NCBI RefSeq assembly: GCF_018350175.1
Contig: NC_058368.1
Coordinates: forward strand, 177,074,001-177,138,000
Source of the DNA: Felis catus
Lineage: Eukaryota
DNA length: 64,000 bases
Reading direction: 5' to 3'
Below, piece by piece: positions 24,350 through 36,570 of this stretch. Position 1 is the first letter of the stretch. Every line of letters begins with the position of its first letter. The notes beneath the pieces are model-generated. The model ran no database searches. It worked only from the letters and a program-made list of their open reading frames with translations, and had not been told where the DNA came from. The translations under genes and the position numbers were made by a program.

Positions 24350-24725
24350 AAGTTACTCCAATACCAAAACCGGACATTACAAGTAAGGAAGATGGCAAAC
24401 AATGCCTCAACGAGATATTATTAGCAAATCGACTTCAACAATGTATAGAAAGAATTATACACCATGACCAAGTAGGCTTTATCCCAGGCTGGCTCAACAT
24501 TCAAAAACCAGTGCAATCCGCAACATAACAGGCTAAAGAAAAATCACACGATCACAGCAACAGACGCAGAAAAAGCATTTGACAAAACCCAGCACTTATT
24601 CACAACAACACTCTCAGTAAAAACAGGAGTAGAGAGGAACTTCCCTAACTTGATAAAACCTGCAGCTGATATCATCCTTAACGGTGAGAAGCGCAAAGCT
24701 TTCCCACTGAGATCAGGGAAGGCTG
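24350..24725 (+). mobile_element. L1 ORF2 reverse-transcriptase fragment
   Basis: Translates ..[23 protein letters not shown]..; gacgcagaaaaagcatttgacaaa (DAEKAFDK). Confidence 0.85.
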
Positions 24726-25539
24726 TTTTGGTGTTGCCAGCCTCTTGGTGACCCCCTTCCCTCGGGAGGTCCTGGCCTCTTCCAGTTTCCTGACTCCTGA
24801 GCCTGTCCCTGCCTGAAGGGCGCCACCCCAGGAGCCGGTACTTGGAGCCTCCTTGCAGCGGAGCAAGGCATTGTCATGCCTGAGGGACGGGCAGACTCAA
24901 ACCCCTGTGACTTCAGGAAATTGCTCAGGCTTTTGCACCCATTTGGCAATTTCTGGAGACGCAAGGAGGGGTGGAGGAAACGTGACGGGCATTGACGCCT
25001 GTCAGGTAGGGACTCTTGTCATTTGTCACTGTAAATTTTAGCCAACTCCCTCAGCTTCTGCATCTGCTCACGGGGTGACTGGGAGGATTAACTGAGAGAA
25101 CCCACAGAAAGTGCCAGGAGCCCAGCTTCTGGCAGGTCACAGGTATTCCGTGCTGTAGTATTATTTCTAACTAAACTGATTTCTAAACTCTCGGGAGCCT
25201 TGAGTTGAAATCCAAAATGAAAATCCCCCCAAGGTGTCCCACTCTTCCAACCCCAAACGATTGAGGTATCTGGATGGAGACCCTTTCCTCTTGCTTTATC
25301 AATGCCTTATAAACCACAAGATGGATTCTCTGTGAGGATCAACAGGGACTGATCACTTCTGCCTTGCGAGAAATTCCAGGTAAATTTTGTGAGGCGGATG
25401 ACTGACCTCAGAGAATAATAAAGTTGGGAGTGTCTCTGTCAGGTCCATGTCCTCATCTTTACACAAATCTCTCCTGAGGAAATGATACATAATACAGAAA
25501 ATTACATATATAATTTATATAAATATTTGTACATACAGA

Positions 25540-26320
25540 TTATCTTAGCTCTGACTGCCATAACAAAATACCAGTCTGGCGGCTTAAACAACAGTTTCGT
25601 TTCTCATAATTTTGGAACCTGGAAATCTAAAATCAGGTTGTCATTGCGGTTGGATTCTGGCTTGCAGATGGCTGCCTTCTTGCTGTGTCCTCACATGGCA
25701 CAGAGAAAGAAAAAGCAACCTTCCCAGTGTCTCTTGTAAGGACACTAATCCCATCATAAGGGCCCCACTCCCAGGACCTTATCTAAATTTAATTATCCCC
25801 GGGGCACCTGGGTGGCCCAGTTGGTTGAACGTCTGACTTCACCTCAGGTCATGATCTCACAGTTCGTGAGTTCCAGCACCTGTGGGGCTCGCTTGCAGAG
25901 CCCTCTTCAGATCCTCTGTCCCCTTCCCTCTCTGCCCCATTCATGCTCTCTCTCAAAAATGAATAAACATTGGGGCACCTGGGTGGCGCAGTCGGTTAAG
26001 CGTCCGACTTCAGCCAGGTCACGATCTCGCAGTCCGTGAGTTCGAGCCCCGCGTCAGGCTCCGGGCTGATGGCTCAGAGCCTGGAGCCTGTTTCCGATTC
26101 TGTGTCTCCCTCTCTCTCTGCCCCTCCCCCGTTCATGCTCTGTCTCTCTCTGTCCCAAAAATAAATAAACGTTTAAAAAAAAAATTAAAAAAAAATGAAT
26201 AAACATTAAAAAAGAAATAAATGTAATTATCTCCTAAAGGTCCCACCTCCAAATACCACCACACTGGGGGTTAGGGCTTCAACATATGAACCTTGGGGGG
26301 ACACGATTCAGTCCATAGCA
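25540..26320 (-). mobile_element. MLT1A-like MaLR solo LTR interrupted by two nested CanSINEs
   Basis: ctgccataacaaaatacca...ggcttaaacaacag...aaggacactaatcccat...[SINEs]...ccacctccaaatacc...attcagtccatagca. Confidence 0.8.
25801..26220 (+). mobile_element. CanSINE with a young felid CanSINE (25972-26190) inserted in its tail
   Basis: Inner TSD aaaaatgaataaacatt at 25955-25971 and 26191-26207. Confidence 0.92.
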
Positions 26321-26970
26321 CAAATGGTTAATACAATGCTATTTAACATAGTGAAAATTAAAAGCAACCTAAGTGACCAAAAATGGAGGAATATTTAAGT
26401 AGATTTGATGAATCCATGCTGTGGGATACTCTGTAGGCATTAAAATTTTCATTACAAACAATGAAAAATGTTAATTCTTTAGCAGTTAATTAATGTTTAC
26501 ATTATAATGTTAAGGGTGGTGGGAAAGCAGGTTTCAGAATTGTATATAGAGGGTGAGCTAAACAACATTTAGGACAGAGGCTGCCAGAAAATCACATTTT
26601 TGCAGTGGCTGCCTCTAGTGGTGGGATTAGGACACATTTTTATTTATTATTAATAGTTTTACTGTTTTGTTAAAATGACATATGTTCATGCTGAAAAATT
26701 CAAACAATGCAAAATAGCACAAAGAAGTAAAGTGCAAATTACTGCAGATCCCACTACACAATAAGAACTATTAACATGAATATTCTGAAATGTTCCTCCA
26801 GGCATCTCTTGGTATGTATTTATATGCATAGTTTCCTATAAATTACAATCAAAGGGAAGAAATAATAATAATGCTGGTGCTGTCATTGGCTACAGCATGA
26901 GGTATGTTTCAGCCTTCTGCACCTCTGCCTTCTAAGTTTTCTTACCTGTTCTGCCTGGAATTTGTTCCAG

Positions 26971-27084
26971 AATGAAAAGTGTCACCTCCTGGTAGAACAT
27001 GAAACCCAGAAGCTGAAGGCCCTAGATGAGAGCCATAATCAGAACCTGAAGGAATGGCGGGACAAGCTTCGGCCACGCAAAAAG
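26971..27084 (+). CDS. STK10: STK10 coding exon (probable exon 18, 114 nt)
   Basis: gttccag|AAT...AAG|gtaacc; [38 protein letters not shown]. Confidence 0.96.
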
Positions 27085-27149
27085 GTAACCACGTCTGGGC
27101 TCGTGGGCTCAATAGTAGGCTTTTCTCCATGTTGAGCCACAGGCGTCTG

Positions 27150-27449
27150 CCTAGGATGCGAATATAGATAAGATACAGATTTACTTTAGGAAGTTGGTTC
27201 ATATGATTGTGGAGGGCTAGTAAGTCTGAAATCTGCAGGGCAGGTTGTAGGCGGGAGATCCAGGAAAGAGTTGATGTTGCAGTTTTGAGGCCCACCCATG
27301 TTAGGGAGGGTAATCTGCTTTACTCAAAGTCTACTGAGTTAAATTTTAATCACATCTAAAAATTCCTTCACAGTGCCATCTTGATGGGTGTTTGACCAAA
27401 CAACTGGGTGCCATGTCTTGCCAGGTTGACACATAAAATTAACCATCAC
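27150..27449 (-). mobile_element. MLT2-like ERVL LTR fragment
   Basis: ggagggtaatctgctttactcaaagtctact...gttgacacataaaattaaccatcaca. Confidence 0.8.
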
Positions 27450-28419
27450 AGGGCCTCAGTGTGGTCATTTGTAAAGTGCAGATGTGAATATTGTACCGTG
27501 TGATGCAAAAAAGTCATCAGCCCGTAGTGCAGACCAAGGACATCCTCATTTCCTTCTGCCCCTAAGCTCTCTGAGGAGAGAGCTGCCTTAATTACCCTTG
27601 ATTACATGTCTTGAAGCCCTGAGGTTTGTTCTGCCGTCATACATCAGCTCTGCTTGCTTTCACTGTGGTCTGGACAAGAGGCAGCTGCCCACCTCAGCTA
27701 AGTAATGGCCTTGGAAGTCCTTGAATTGAGGCTTCCCTAACCTGTGCTAATGGAGCTTTATGGCTGGCAGCTGGCCGGGGTCCTGGACCTTCCTGGCAGC
27801 AGGCCCATGTTCGTCATTTTCTGTAATCATGGCCTGTTGGGCCTTTTGATACTTGACACTCAAATCAATAATGCTCCTGCTGACATCGGTTGACTCTGGT
27901 ATCAGGAAACAAACGTTCACCTGGTTCTCTTACCTGGTGGTTCTATACCCTTGGCACATCCTGAGAGAGTTTGAAGATGAATGGTCACGTTGCCTCTAGC
28001 AACTGCCTCCTATTTCAGGGGCACTGGGGTTTGGGGGAGGTACTGTGGTGTATGTCTGGGGAGCTGGCATTGGATTTTGCCTCTGGGGGCTGCTGTTTCG
28101 CAGAGTTCTTTGTACAATTGTCATTAGCTACCTGGGTTACTGCTGGAACACTTAACCAGAGGTGATAGAAATGTTCTTTCACACTCGTGTTACAGTCAGC
28201 AATCTTGAGCTATACAGGGGAAGAGAGATGACTGTACACTGTGGAATATTTTTAGAAAACTTCAGACTTAATTCTTTCAAGTAAGTATAGAATATCTGGT
28301 AGCATCCATAAAGTGTTGCTTGGGTCACAGCTGACACAGAATGTGGCCTCAGACCAGTCCTCCCTTCGCAACCTTTGCTTTTTAGGATTGTAAAATGTAG
28401 ATAGAACATTTCTTCCCTT

Positions 28420-28645
28420 AAAGCATGTGTTAGTAAACTATTGTCCATGGGCAAATCTGGCCTACCATCTGTATTTGTAAATAAAATTTTATTGGAACAC
28501 AGCCATGCTCGTTCATTTACACATTGTCAGTGGCCGAGTTTGAAGTACAACGGCAGTTTGAGTAGTTGTGACAGAGACTTCACAGCCTGCAAAGCTGAAA
28601 ATATTTATAATCTGGCCCTTTACAGAAAAAAGATTAGACTCCTGC
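28420..28645. mobile_element. MER58A-like hAT-Charlie MITE
   Basis: tttgtaaataaaattttattggaacacagccatgctcgttcattta...aaatatttataatctggccctttacagaaaaa. Confidence 0.8.
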
Positions 28646-28920
28646 CTTAGGTTATATACATGAATATATATGGTAGGTAGAAGAGAGTAGCGCTTAAGAG
28701 CACAGGTTTTGGATGAAGTCCTGGCTCCCCTATTACTAGCTATGAAACGCGGGGCAAGTTACTAAAGCTCTCTGTTCAAACAGTGGTAGCCGTTATAATT
28801 GTTATTCTTTAGCAGAGGTCACAGACTGATTATCCATGGGCTGAAATTGGCGCACAGGCATTAGGTTTGGCCAACATATAGAAATTTCAAAATTTTTTGA
28901 AAGTTGCCAACCTTTAAGTA

Positions 28921-31900
28921 CAGGCATACTTTGTTTTATGGCGCTTCACAGATAATTGCATTTTTTTCTCCCTCCAAAATGAAAGTTTGTGGCAGCCCAT
29001 GGTGAGTAAATCTACCAGTGTCCTTTTTCCAACAGCATTTGCTCACTCCATGTCTCTGTGTGTCTCTTTTGATAATTCTTGCAATATTTTAAACTTTTTC
29101 ATTATTTTGTTATGGTAATCTGTGATCAGTGATCTTTGATGTTACTGTCATAACTGTTTTGTGACCACAAAAGATGGTGAACTGACATCAGGCACAGCAA
29201 CATTTTCCTAGCTATGTCTTCTAAGGCAAGGGAAGCAAAAGCAAAAATAAACTATTGAGGCTACTCCAGACTCCACAAAGTTTTTTGCATAGCGAATGAA
29301 GGAAACCGTCAACAAGATGAAAAGGCAACCTACTGAATGGGAAAAAAATGTTTGCAAATGATGTATCCAATAGGGGGTTGATATCCAAAATACATAAAGA
29401 ACTTAATACCAACCCCCCCCCCCCAATAATCTGATTAAAAATGGACAGTTTTCCAAAGACCTATATTTGACCAATCATATATGAAGAGATGCTCAACATC
29501 ACCAATCCTCAGGGAGCTACAAATCAAAACCACAAACAGATATTACCTTATACCTATCAGAAGGGCTAGGTATCAAAAAGAGCAGAAATTAACAAGTGTT
29601 GGCAGGGACGCAGAGGAAAAAGAACTTTTGTGCACTGTTGATGGGAATGTAAATCGGTGCAGCCACTATGGGAAACAGTATGGAGGGTCCTTAAAAAATT
29701 AAAAACAGAGGGGCACCTGGGTGGCTCAGTCGGTTGAGCGCCTGACTTTGACTCAGGTCATGATCTCGCGGTTCGTGGGTTCCAGCCCCACGTCGGGCTC
29801 TGTGCTGACAGCTCGGAGCCTGGAGCCTGCTTCCGATCCTGTGTCTCCCTCTCTCTGCCCCTCCCCACTCATGCTCTGTTTCTCTCTCTGTCAAAAATCA
29901 ATAAACTTTAAAATATATACATATTTTAAAAAATTAAAACTAGAAATACCATATGATCCAGTAATTCCACTACTGGATATTTGGAAAACAAAAGAAAAAC
30001 ATTAATTTGAAAAGCTATATGCACTCCTGTTTACTGCAGCATTATATATAATGGCCAAGATAGGGAAGTAACCCAAGTGTCCATCACTAGATGACTGCAT
30101 GTATAACACATACACACACACAATAGAGTATTAGTCCTAAAAAAACAAGATTTTGCCATTTTGGACAACATGGATGGATCTAGAGGGTATTATGCTAAGT
30201 GAAATAGGCCAGACACAGAAAGACAAGTGCCATATGTTTCATTTATATGTGGAATCTAAACAAAGCAAACAAAAAGCAGGAACAAAACCCGTGAATACAG
30301 AGAACTGATAGGAGGGGATGGGATAAAAATTACAGCATTGGGAGGAATATAGTCAACGGTAACAGCATTATACGGTGACAGATGGCAGCTACCCTTGTGA
30401 GCCCAGCATAGTGTACAGAGTTGTCACATCACTATGTTGTACACCTCACACTAATGTAACGTTGTGTGTCAACTATACTTCAACAGAAACAATAAAAATG
30501 CATTTTATGGGGAAAAAAGATGGCGAACTGTTGTGTATTCTGACTGTTCCACTGACTGACCATTCCTCCGGCTCTCTTCCTTTCTGCTCAGGCCTCATTC
30601 CATGAGACACGGTATTAGTGAAATTAATGAGGCCAGTGAATAACCCTACAGTGGCCTCGAAGTGGTCAAGTGAGAGGAAGGGTTGCATGTCTCTCGCTTT
30701 AAATCAAAAGCTAGACATGATCGAGCTTAGTGAGGAAGGCACGCTGAGACTTGAGATACCGTCCTACCCCACCAAACAGCTACAGTCGAGTTGTGAATGC
30801 AAAGGAGAATTTTTTAATTAAAAGTACTACTTCAATGGATACACGGATGATAAGAAAGCTAAACAGCCTTACTGCTGAAAGGGAGAAAATTTTTATGATC
30901 TAGGTAGAAGATCAAACCAGCCACGAATTCCCTTAAGCTAGGCCTAATCCAGAGCAAGGCCCTAACCTGTCTTCGGTGCTATGAAGGCTGAGGTGAGAAA
31001 GCTGCAGAATAAAAGTCTGAAGCTAGTAGAGGTTGGTTCATGAGGCTTAACGAAAGACGCCGTCTCCAGAACGTGAAAGTGCAAGGTGAAGCAGCTAGTG
31101 TTGATGTAGAAGCTGCAGCACGTTATCCAGGAGATGCAGGAAGGGAATTCGTGAAGTTGGCTACACTAGACAACAGAGTTTCAATATAGATGAAACAGCC
31201 TTATGTCAGGAGAAGACTTTAGAGCTGGAGAGGAACAGTCCATGCTGGGCTTCAGAGCTTCAAAGGACAGGCTGATTCTCTCTTGTCAGGGGCTAGTGAG
31301 GCTATTGACTTTAAGTGGAAGCCAGTGCTCATTTGCCATTCTGAAAATCACAGGGCCTTTTAGAATTATGCTCTATCCTGCCTGTGTTGTATAAACGGAA
31401 CGGCAAAGCCTCGATGATAGCACATCTGTTTACGACATGGTTTACTGAGTGTTTCAAACCCGCTGTTGATATCTTCTGCTCATTGGCAGTGTGCCTGGTC
31501 ACCCAACAGCTCTGATGGAGATGTACAACAAGATTATTATTTTTTTAAAAAAGATGAATGTTGTTTTCATGCTTGGTAACACAGTATCTATTCTGCAGCC
31601 CGTGGTCAAGGAGTAGCTTTGACTTTCCAGTGTCATTATTTAAGAAATACAATTTCGTGAGGCTGTAGCTGCCATAGGTAGTGATTCCTCTCATGGATCT
31701 GGGCAAAGTAAGCTAAAAACCTTCTGGAAAGGATTCACCACTCTAGATGCCATTAAGTACATTCGTGATTCATGGAGGAGGTCAAAATATCAACATGAAC
31801 AGGGCTTTGGAAGAAGTGGGTGACTTTGAGGGGTTCAGGACTTCAGTGGAGACAGTAACTGTGATGTGGTGGAAATGGCAAGAGAACTGGATTAGAAGTG

Positions 31901-32695
31901 GAGCCTGAAGATGTGGTGGACTTGCTATCGTCTCAGGGTAAAACTTGAACAGAGGACGAACTGCTGATGATGGATGAGCAAAGAAAACGGTTTCTGGAGG
32001 TGACACCTACTCCTGGTGAAGACTGTTGAAATGCCAAGAAAGGATTTCGAATATCTCATGAAGTTAGTTGATAAGGCAGAGGCAGGGTTTGAGAGGACTG
32101 ACTCAAGTTTTGGAAGAAGTTCTACTGTGGGTAAAATGCTGTCAAACAGCATCACAGGCTACAGAGAAATTGTGAAAGGAAGGGTCCATCAGTGTGGCAA
32201 ACTTCATCATTGTCTTATTTTAAGGAATTGTATGTGAACTATACCTCAGTAGTAAAAATTAAGAAATAACTACGTTTACCCTGGTGAGCACAGCATAATG
32301 TACAAAACTGTCGTCACTATGTTGCACACCCAAAACATAACATTATATGTCAATAATAAAAAAATTGCCACAGCCACACCGTCAGCAGTCACCTCATTCA
32401 ATCAGCAGCCATCGACATTGAGGCAAGACACTCCACAAGCAAAAATGTCATGAACTGCTGAAAGCTCAGATGACGTTTAGCACTTTTTAGCAATAAAGTA
32501 TGTGCTCATTATGGTATATACACTTTTTTTAGACACGGCTATTGCACACTTAGACCACAGTGTACTATAAACATAACTTTTTATAAACAAATTTCATATG
32601 CATTAGGAAATCAGAAAGTTCATTTGTGTATCATGATACTCACTTTATTGCAGTAGTCTGGTACTAAACCCACAGTATCTCCGAGGGAATGCCTG
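28921..32695 (+). mobile_element. Full-length Tigger1 DNA transposon (dead pogo-family transposase), interrupted by L1 insertions
   Basis: TA|caggcatac...atgcctg terminal inverted repeats; decayed transposase from 30651 (VASKWSSERKGCMSLALNQKLDMIELSEEG) with many stops and frameshifts. Confidence 0.92.
29185..30514 (+). mobile_element. 5'-truncated carnivore L1 (ORF2 end plus 3'UTR) inside Tigger1, containing a CanSINE (29710-29930)
   Basis: MKRCSTS...ELQIKTT..YYLIPIR ORF2 C-terminal remnant; 16-bp TSD aaaagatgg(t/c)gaactg at 29169 and 30515. Confidence 0.9.
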
Positions 32696-33030
32696 TGTAA
32701 GGGAATTTTTCATAAGAATCTGGGTTTCCAGTTTCTTTTGTGAATCCAGGAGCTCTGGCCACACTGGGCTCTTTGTACCACGTGACAGACATCAGCTGGA
32801 GCTGAAAAGAAACCGCTGTCTTCAGACACAGTGTGTGCTCTTCACCTCACCGCAGTCCTCCTCACTCCCTATTGCCTCACACCCAGCTCTCTTTCTTCAT
32901 TCAGTTCATCTGGCTGGCTCCCATAGGCACTGGATTTCGTAACTTGTTACAAGAGCTTACACAGTCCCACTTATATCTTGCTTATATATAATGTTTGCTT
33001 ACCACAAACACTTTTAACACTAATATATCC

Positions 33031-33500
33031 GGGGGCACCTGGGTGGCTCAGTCAGTTAAACGTCCAACTTCATCTCGGGCCGTGATCTCATGGCTCATGA
33101 GTCTGAGCCCCATATTGGACTCTCTGCTGTCAGCACAGAGCCTGCTTCAGATCCTCTGTCCCCACCTCTCTCTCCACCCACCCCTCCCCTGCTGCTTCTC
33201 TCTCTCTCTCTCTCAAAATAAAAATTAAAAACTTAAAAAACGTATTTATTTTTTTTAAGATTAAAAAAATGTTTAACGTTTATTCATATTTTAAGAGACA
33301 GAGCACAGCATAAGTGGGGGAGGGGCAGAGAGAGAGGGAGACACAGAATCTGAAACAGGCTCCAGGCTCTGAGCTGTCAGCACAGAGCCTGACGCGGGGC
33401 TTAAACTCACAGACCGTGAGCTCATGACCTGAGCTGAAGTCGGATGCTCAACCCACTGAGCCACCCAGGCGCCCCTAAAAAACATAATTAAAAAAATGCT
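33031..33500. mobile_element. Sense CanSINE (33031-33233) with an antisense CanSINE (~33250-33475) inserted in its A-tail
   Basis: Inner TSD taaaaaac(g/a)ta at 33234 and 33476; outer TSD ctaata(t/c)atc. Confidence 0.9.
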
Positions 33501-34103
33501 AATACATCTGGCAAAGGAGAACTTCAACCAAGACACTAGACACTTGCTCTGAGTTACCAAATGGGCTTTTACAACACACAGAACCCGTCGTACTGCAGGT
33601 TTTCAGAATCACAGTGTCAGGGGATGGTGGGAAGGCACATGATTTTTGAAGACAACTCCCTAGGTGATTTCTGTGGGGCAGTATCCTCATTAGGAACACA
33701 ATGTACTTGGACATTCTGGCCCTGTCCTCCCACCTCCCCCCAATCACCCACTGTTAAATCTGTCCATTTTCTACCTTGGGTCTTTCTCCATTCGATTGTT
33801 TTCCTGCCAGGAGACTGGCATCTACCGCCCCCGCCCCCCCCCCCCCCCCCGAGATGGCATTTCACCAAACCGTGGCCCTTGATCCACAACAAAATCCTGC
33901 ATGGTTGTGAAAGAAGGAAGCTAGAGGTACCTGTCTTCTGGGTGATGCACTCTGGGAAAGGAAAGATGGAAGACCGAGTTACCCATGCAGCAAAGGCTTG
34001 TTGGGAGGGAAGGGAAATTTCCAGAGGAGGCCACTTTGGTGGGGGTCCTGTGTTTGGGAGATCCATGCCAATGGCATCTGACTGCGCCCTCTCTCTGTCC
34101 TAG

Positions 34104-34244
34104 GCTCTGGAAGAAGATCTGAACCAGAAGAAGCGAGAGCAGGAGATGTTCTTCAAACTGAATGAGGAGACAGAATGCCTGAACCCTACCACCCCAAACA
34201 AGGCCACCAAGTTCTTCCCCTATAGCTCTGTGGATGCTTCTTAA
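34104..34244 (+). CDS. STK10: STK10 last coding exon portion (probable exon 19) including the TAA stop
   Basis: gtcctag|GCT...[52 protein letters not shown]. Confidence 0.96.
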   Translation, partial: ALEEDLNQKKREQEMFFKLNEETECLNPTTPNKATKFFPYSSVDAS

Positions 34245-36570
34245 CAGCCACCTGGGGCTGTGGCTGGCAGGTTGGCGGGCCTCCAAGGCCCTCCCATTCT
34301 CTGTGAACAAGTAACTCAGGACCCCCCCCCCCTTACCTCTTGCTTCCAGGCCAACTCGCATCTAGCCCCTTGCCTTGTGTTACCCCAGCTATGCCCAACA
34401 GACCCACCCCAGTGTTCCTTAATTCTCGCTCACTCATGGAGGGCGAGGTTTTATTATGTGTTGCCTGATCCTAATGTATGTCCCCTCTGAGCCCCACATC
34501 CCTTCAAGGTGTCAGTGATTTGGGCTGCTAGTGGGGTCACGGCCCGGGAGGAATGGTGTTCTGCAGCCTTGAGACCCTCCTGCTTGCCAAAACATCAGTT
34601 TTGCTATCTGTGGGCACAAAGCGCTACCATCAGTCACCATGAGTTTGTCCATATTGTGATTCTTGGTGTGGTGTCAGACAAGAACACGGCTCCTAACAGC
34701 CATTTCAGTTCCTAGCGAAGCCCGTCCTGCTGCCAGCTGCTCAGGGGGTGCCCTCATTCTTCCAGTAGCCCCCAATTTGCTTCCCTCTTGAGACAAGGCT
34801 GTGTCTACAATAGTGGGCTGGAGGAGAGCCTGAATCATTCATTCTGCTGGCCTTGGGTGTTTCTTGCCATCTTGTGTCCCTCTGCCTGCACACACGTACA
34901 TACACAAGGCTTGGCCCCGTGGCATTACCCAGGCTTGCCTCTGCTCTGGGCCTCTTGTGCCACGTGGGTTGAAACGTACTCATTGCCTGAGCCTGTGCCA
35001 CTGAGCATGTTTAGGTGGAGCCATTGGTTTGAAGGGTGCTGGGTACTGGCACAAGATGGTATAGGCTGAACTGCCGGTCTGTGATTCCCTTGGGCGCCTA
35101 CGCCGGATGCTGTGTTCAGGGATAAATTCCTCACCACACAAGACTTTCACAGCCTAGGCTGTTCCCGTCTCATCCTTGCCCATCCTGTCTGTAGGCTGTT
35201 TCCCTCTGCCCCTCCTAGCAGGAGTCTGGCCTCATACTTGAGACAGAGGCTGGTAGTCGCTGGGATTTCTGTTCAGGAAGAAAAAACATCAGGGAGAAAT
35301 GCAATGCTTCCTGCCCCCAGCAACAGAGCAGATGCAAAGCTGCTGCTTCTCAGATGGAATCCTGGGCCTTCGGGTTATTCAGCTGGCCACCCACAGATTC
35401 TGATCCCACAGGCTGCAGGATGTCGATAAAAAGTAATGCTCAAACAGGCATTCAGTTTATCTACAAAGAAAGCTTTTTTCACTTTGATTTCTAACTTGAA
35501 ACAAATATAAACAAATGGCTTCTATAGGACGATAACCTGCTTTAAATAAACAAAACAGAAAACTGAAGGCGAGTTTGAGAAATCATGGATGACGTATTAA
35601 GTCTGGGTACTGTTTTGTCATGATGAAGTGGCTGACATCCCGGGAGGACTTTTTCCTTCTTCACTCCTACACGTTAAGGTTTGACACTTTGTCCTACAGC
35701 AATTCTCTGCAAGTTTCTTGGCACTGGTTGTAACTGGATCTTGGGGAGGGAGGGTTGCCATTCAGTAAGAAGGGACTTAGGGTTCCCAAGGCTTACATAT
35801 GCAGTGAAGATGCTCTGCGGGCTGTGGGAAGGCAGTGGTCCTCTTAAGTTGGTGAACATTTGAGCTTGCCTGCTTCAGTATTTGACCCAGATGCAGCAGT
35901 TTTCTGGTCTCACACAGATGAGACCAGTGAAACAATTGTCCCCTTTTATTCTTTTTGGTGCACAGGTGCCGGGAAAATGTGACCTAGCAGCAGTGTAATT
36001 ACAGAACACTGTCCGCGTTCCACCAGCCAAGGCCGGCCCTGGCAAATGGTCAGGCAGGGCTGATTTGGGTTGTGTTTACACTATTGCCTGGGGTGTGAGA
36101 AGGGGCATTTACATGAAATGACGGTTTCGTGGTTCAGACGAAAGTCTTTGATCATTCCCCTATTTGGCTTTTCATTCACATTTGAATCTTGTTCAAGAGT
36201 TGCTGCTTTCCTGTTCAGTGCTGCCCAAGTCCTGATGGCTCCCCTCTCCTTTCTGGATGGGGGCCGGTTGGGTCCTCCAGCCTCATGATTGAGCCAACAC
36301 GCATGCCCACCAGTGAGAAGGCCCACGCAGTATTCCGCATGCCCCGTGCTAATGTTTCCTCGGGAAGGGACAGATGGAACTGTTCCTTGTTTTCAGTCCG
36401 TTTTTGGCAGAGTAAATATAACTAACTTATATTTTCCCTTTATAAAGGATAGAAGTTATTTTTATGTAGTTTCAAAACTTTATACAAAACTTTTGTAAAA
36501 TGTTCTCTACAAAGTTTAACTGCAAGAATGTAAATATGCTTCTAATAAAATAGCAAAAGGAGAGAAACCC
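34245..36570 (+). other. STK10: STK10 3'UTR (approximate end)
   Basis: No recognisable SINE between the stop codon and an AU-rich block ending in AATAAA (36544), followed by a GU/U-rich downstream element. Confidence 0.75.
36544..36549 (+). terminator. Polyadenylation signal AATAAA of STK10
   Basis: AATAAA preceded by TGTA motifs and U-rich sequence, followed ~25 nt later by tttgtgcttgttctcttgggt. Confidence 0.75.

Larger units (their letters stand above)
28813..32945. mobile_element. MER102-like element split by Tigger1 (arms ~28813-28918 and ~32698-32945)
   Basis: Left arm ...gaaagttgccaacc continues after Tigger1 as agggaatttttcataagaatctgggtttccag...ccataggcactggattt. Confidence 0.55.

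Noticed and set aside
30618..32237. Possible domesticated transposase gene (TIGD1-like) nested in STK10
   Set aside because: Reading frame is broken into fragments under 80 aa by stops and frameshifts, and the start codon is lost; an ordinary dead Tigger1
33561..34361. Overlapping 146-180 aa ORFs around the last exon
   Set aside because: Intronic sequence with a MER5-like fragment and a poly-C run, or antisense to the real exon; no independent coding signal
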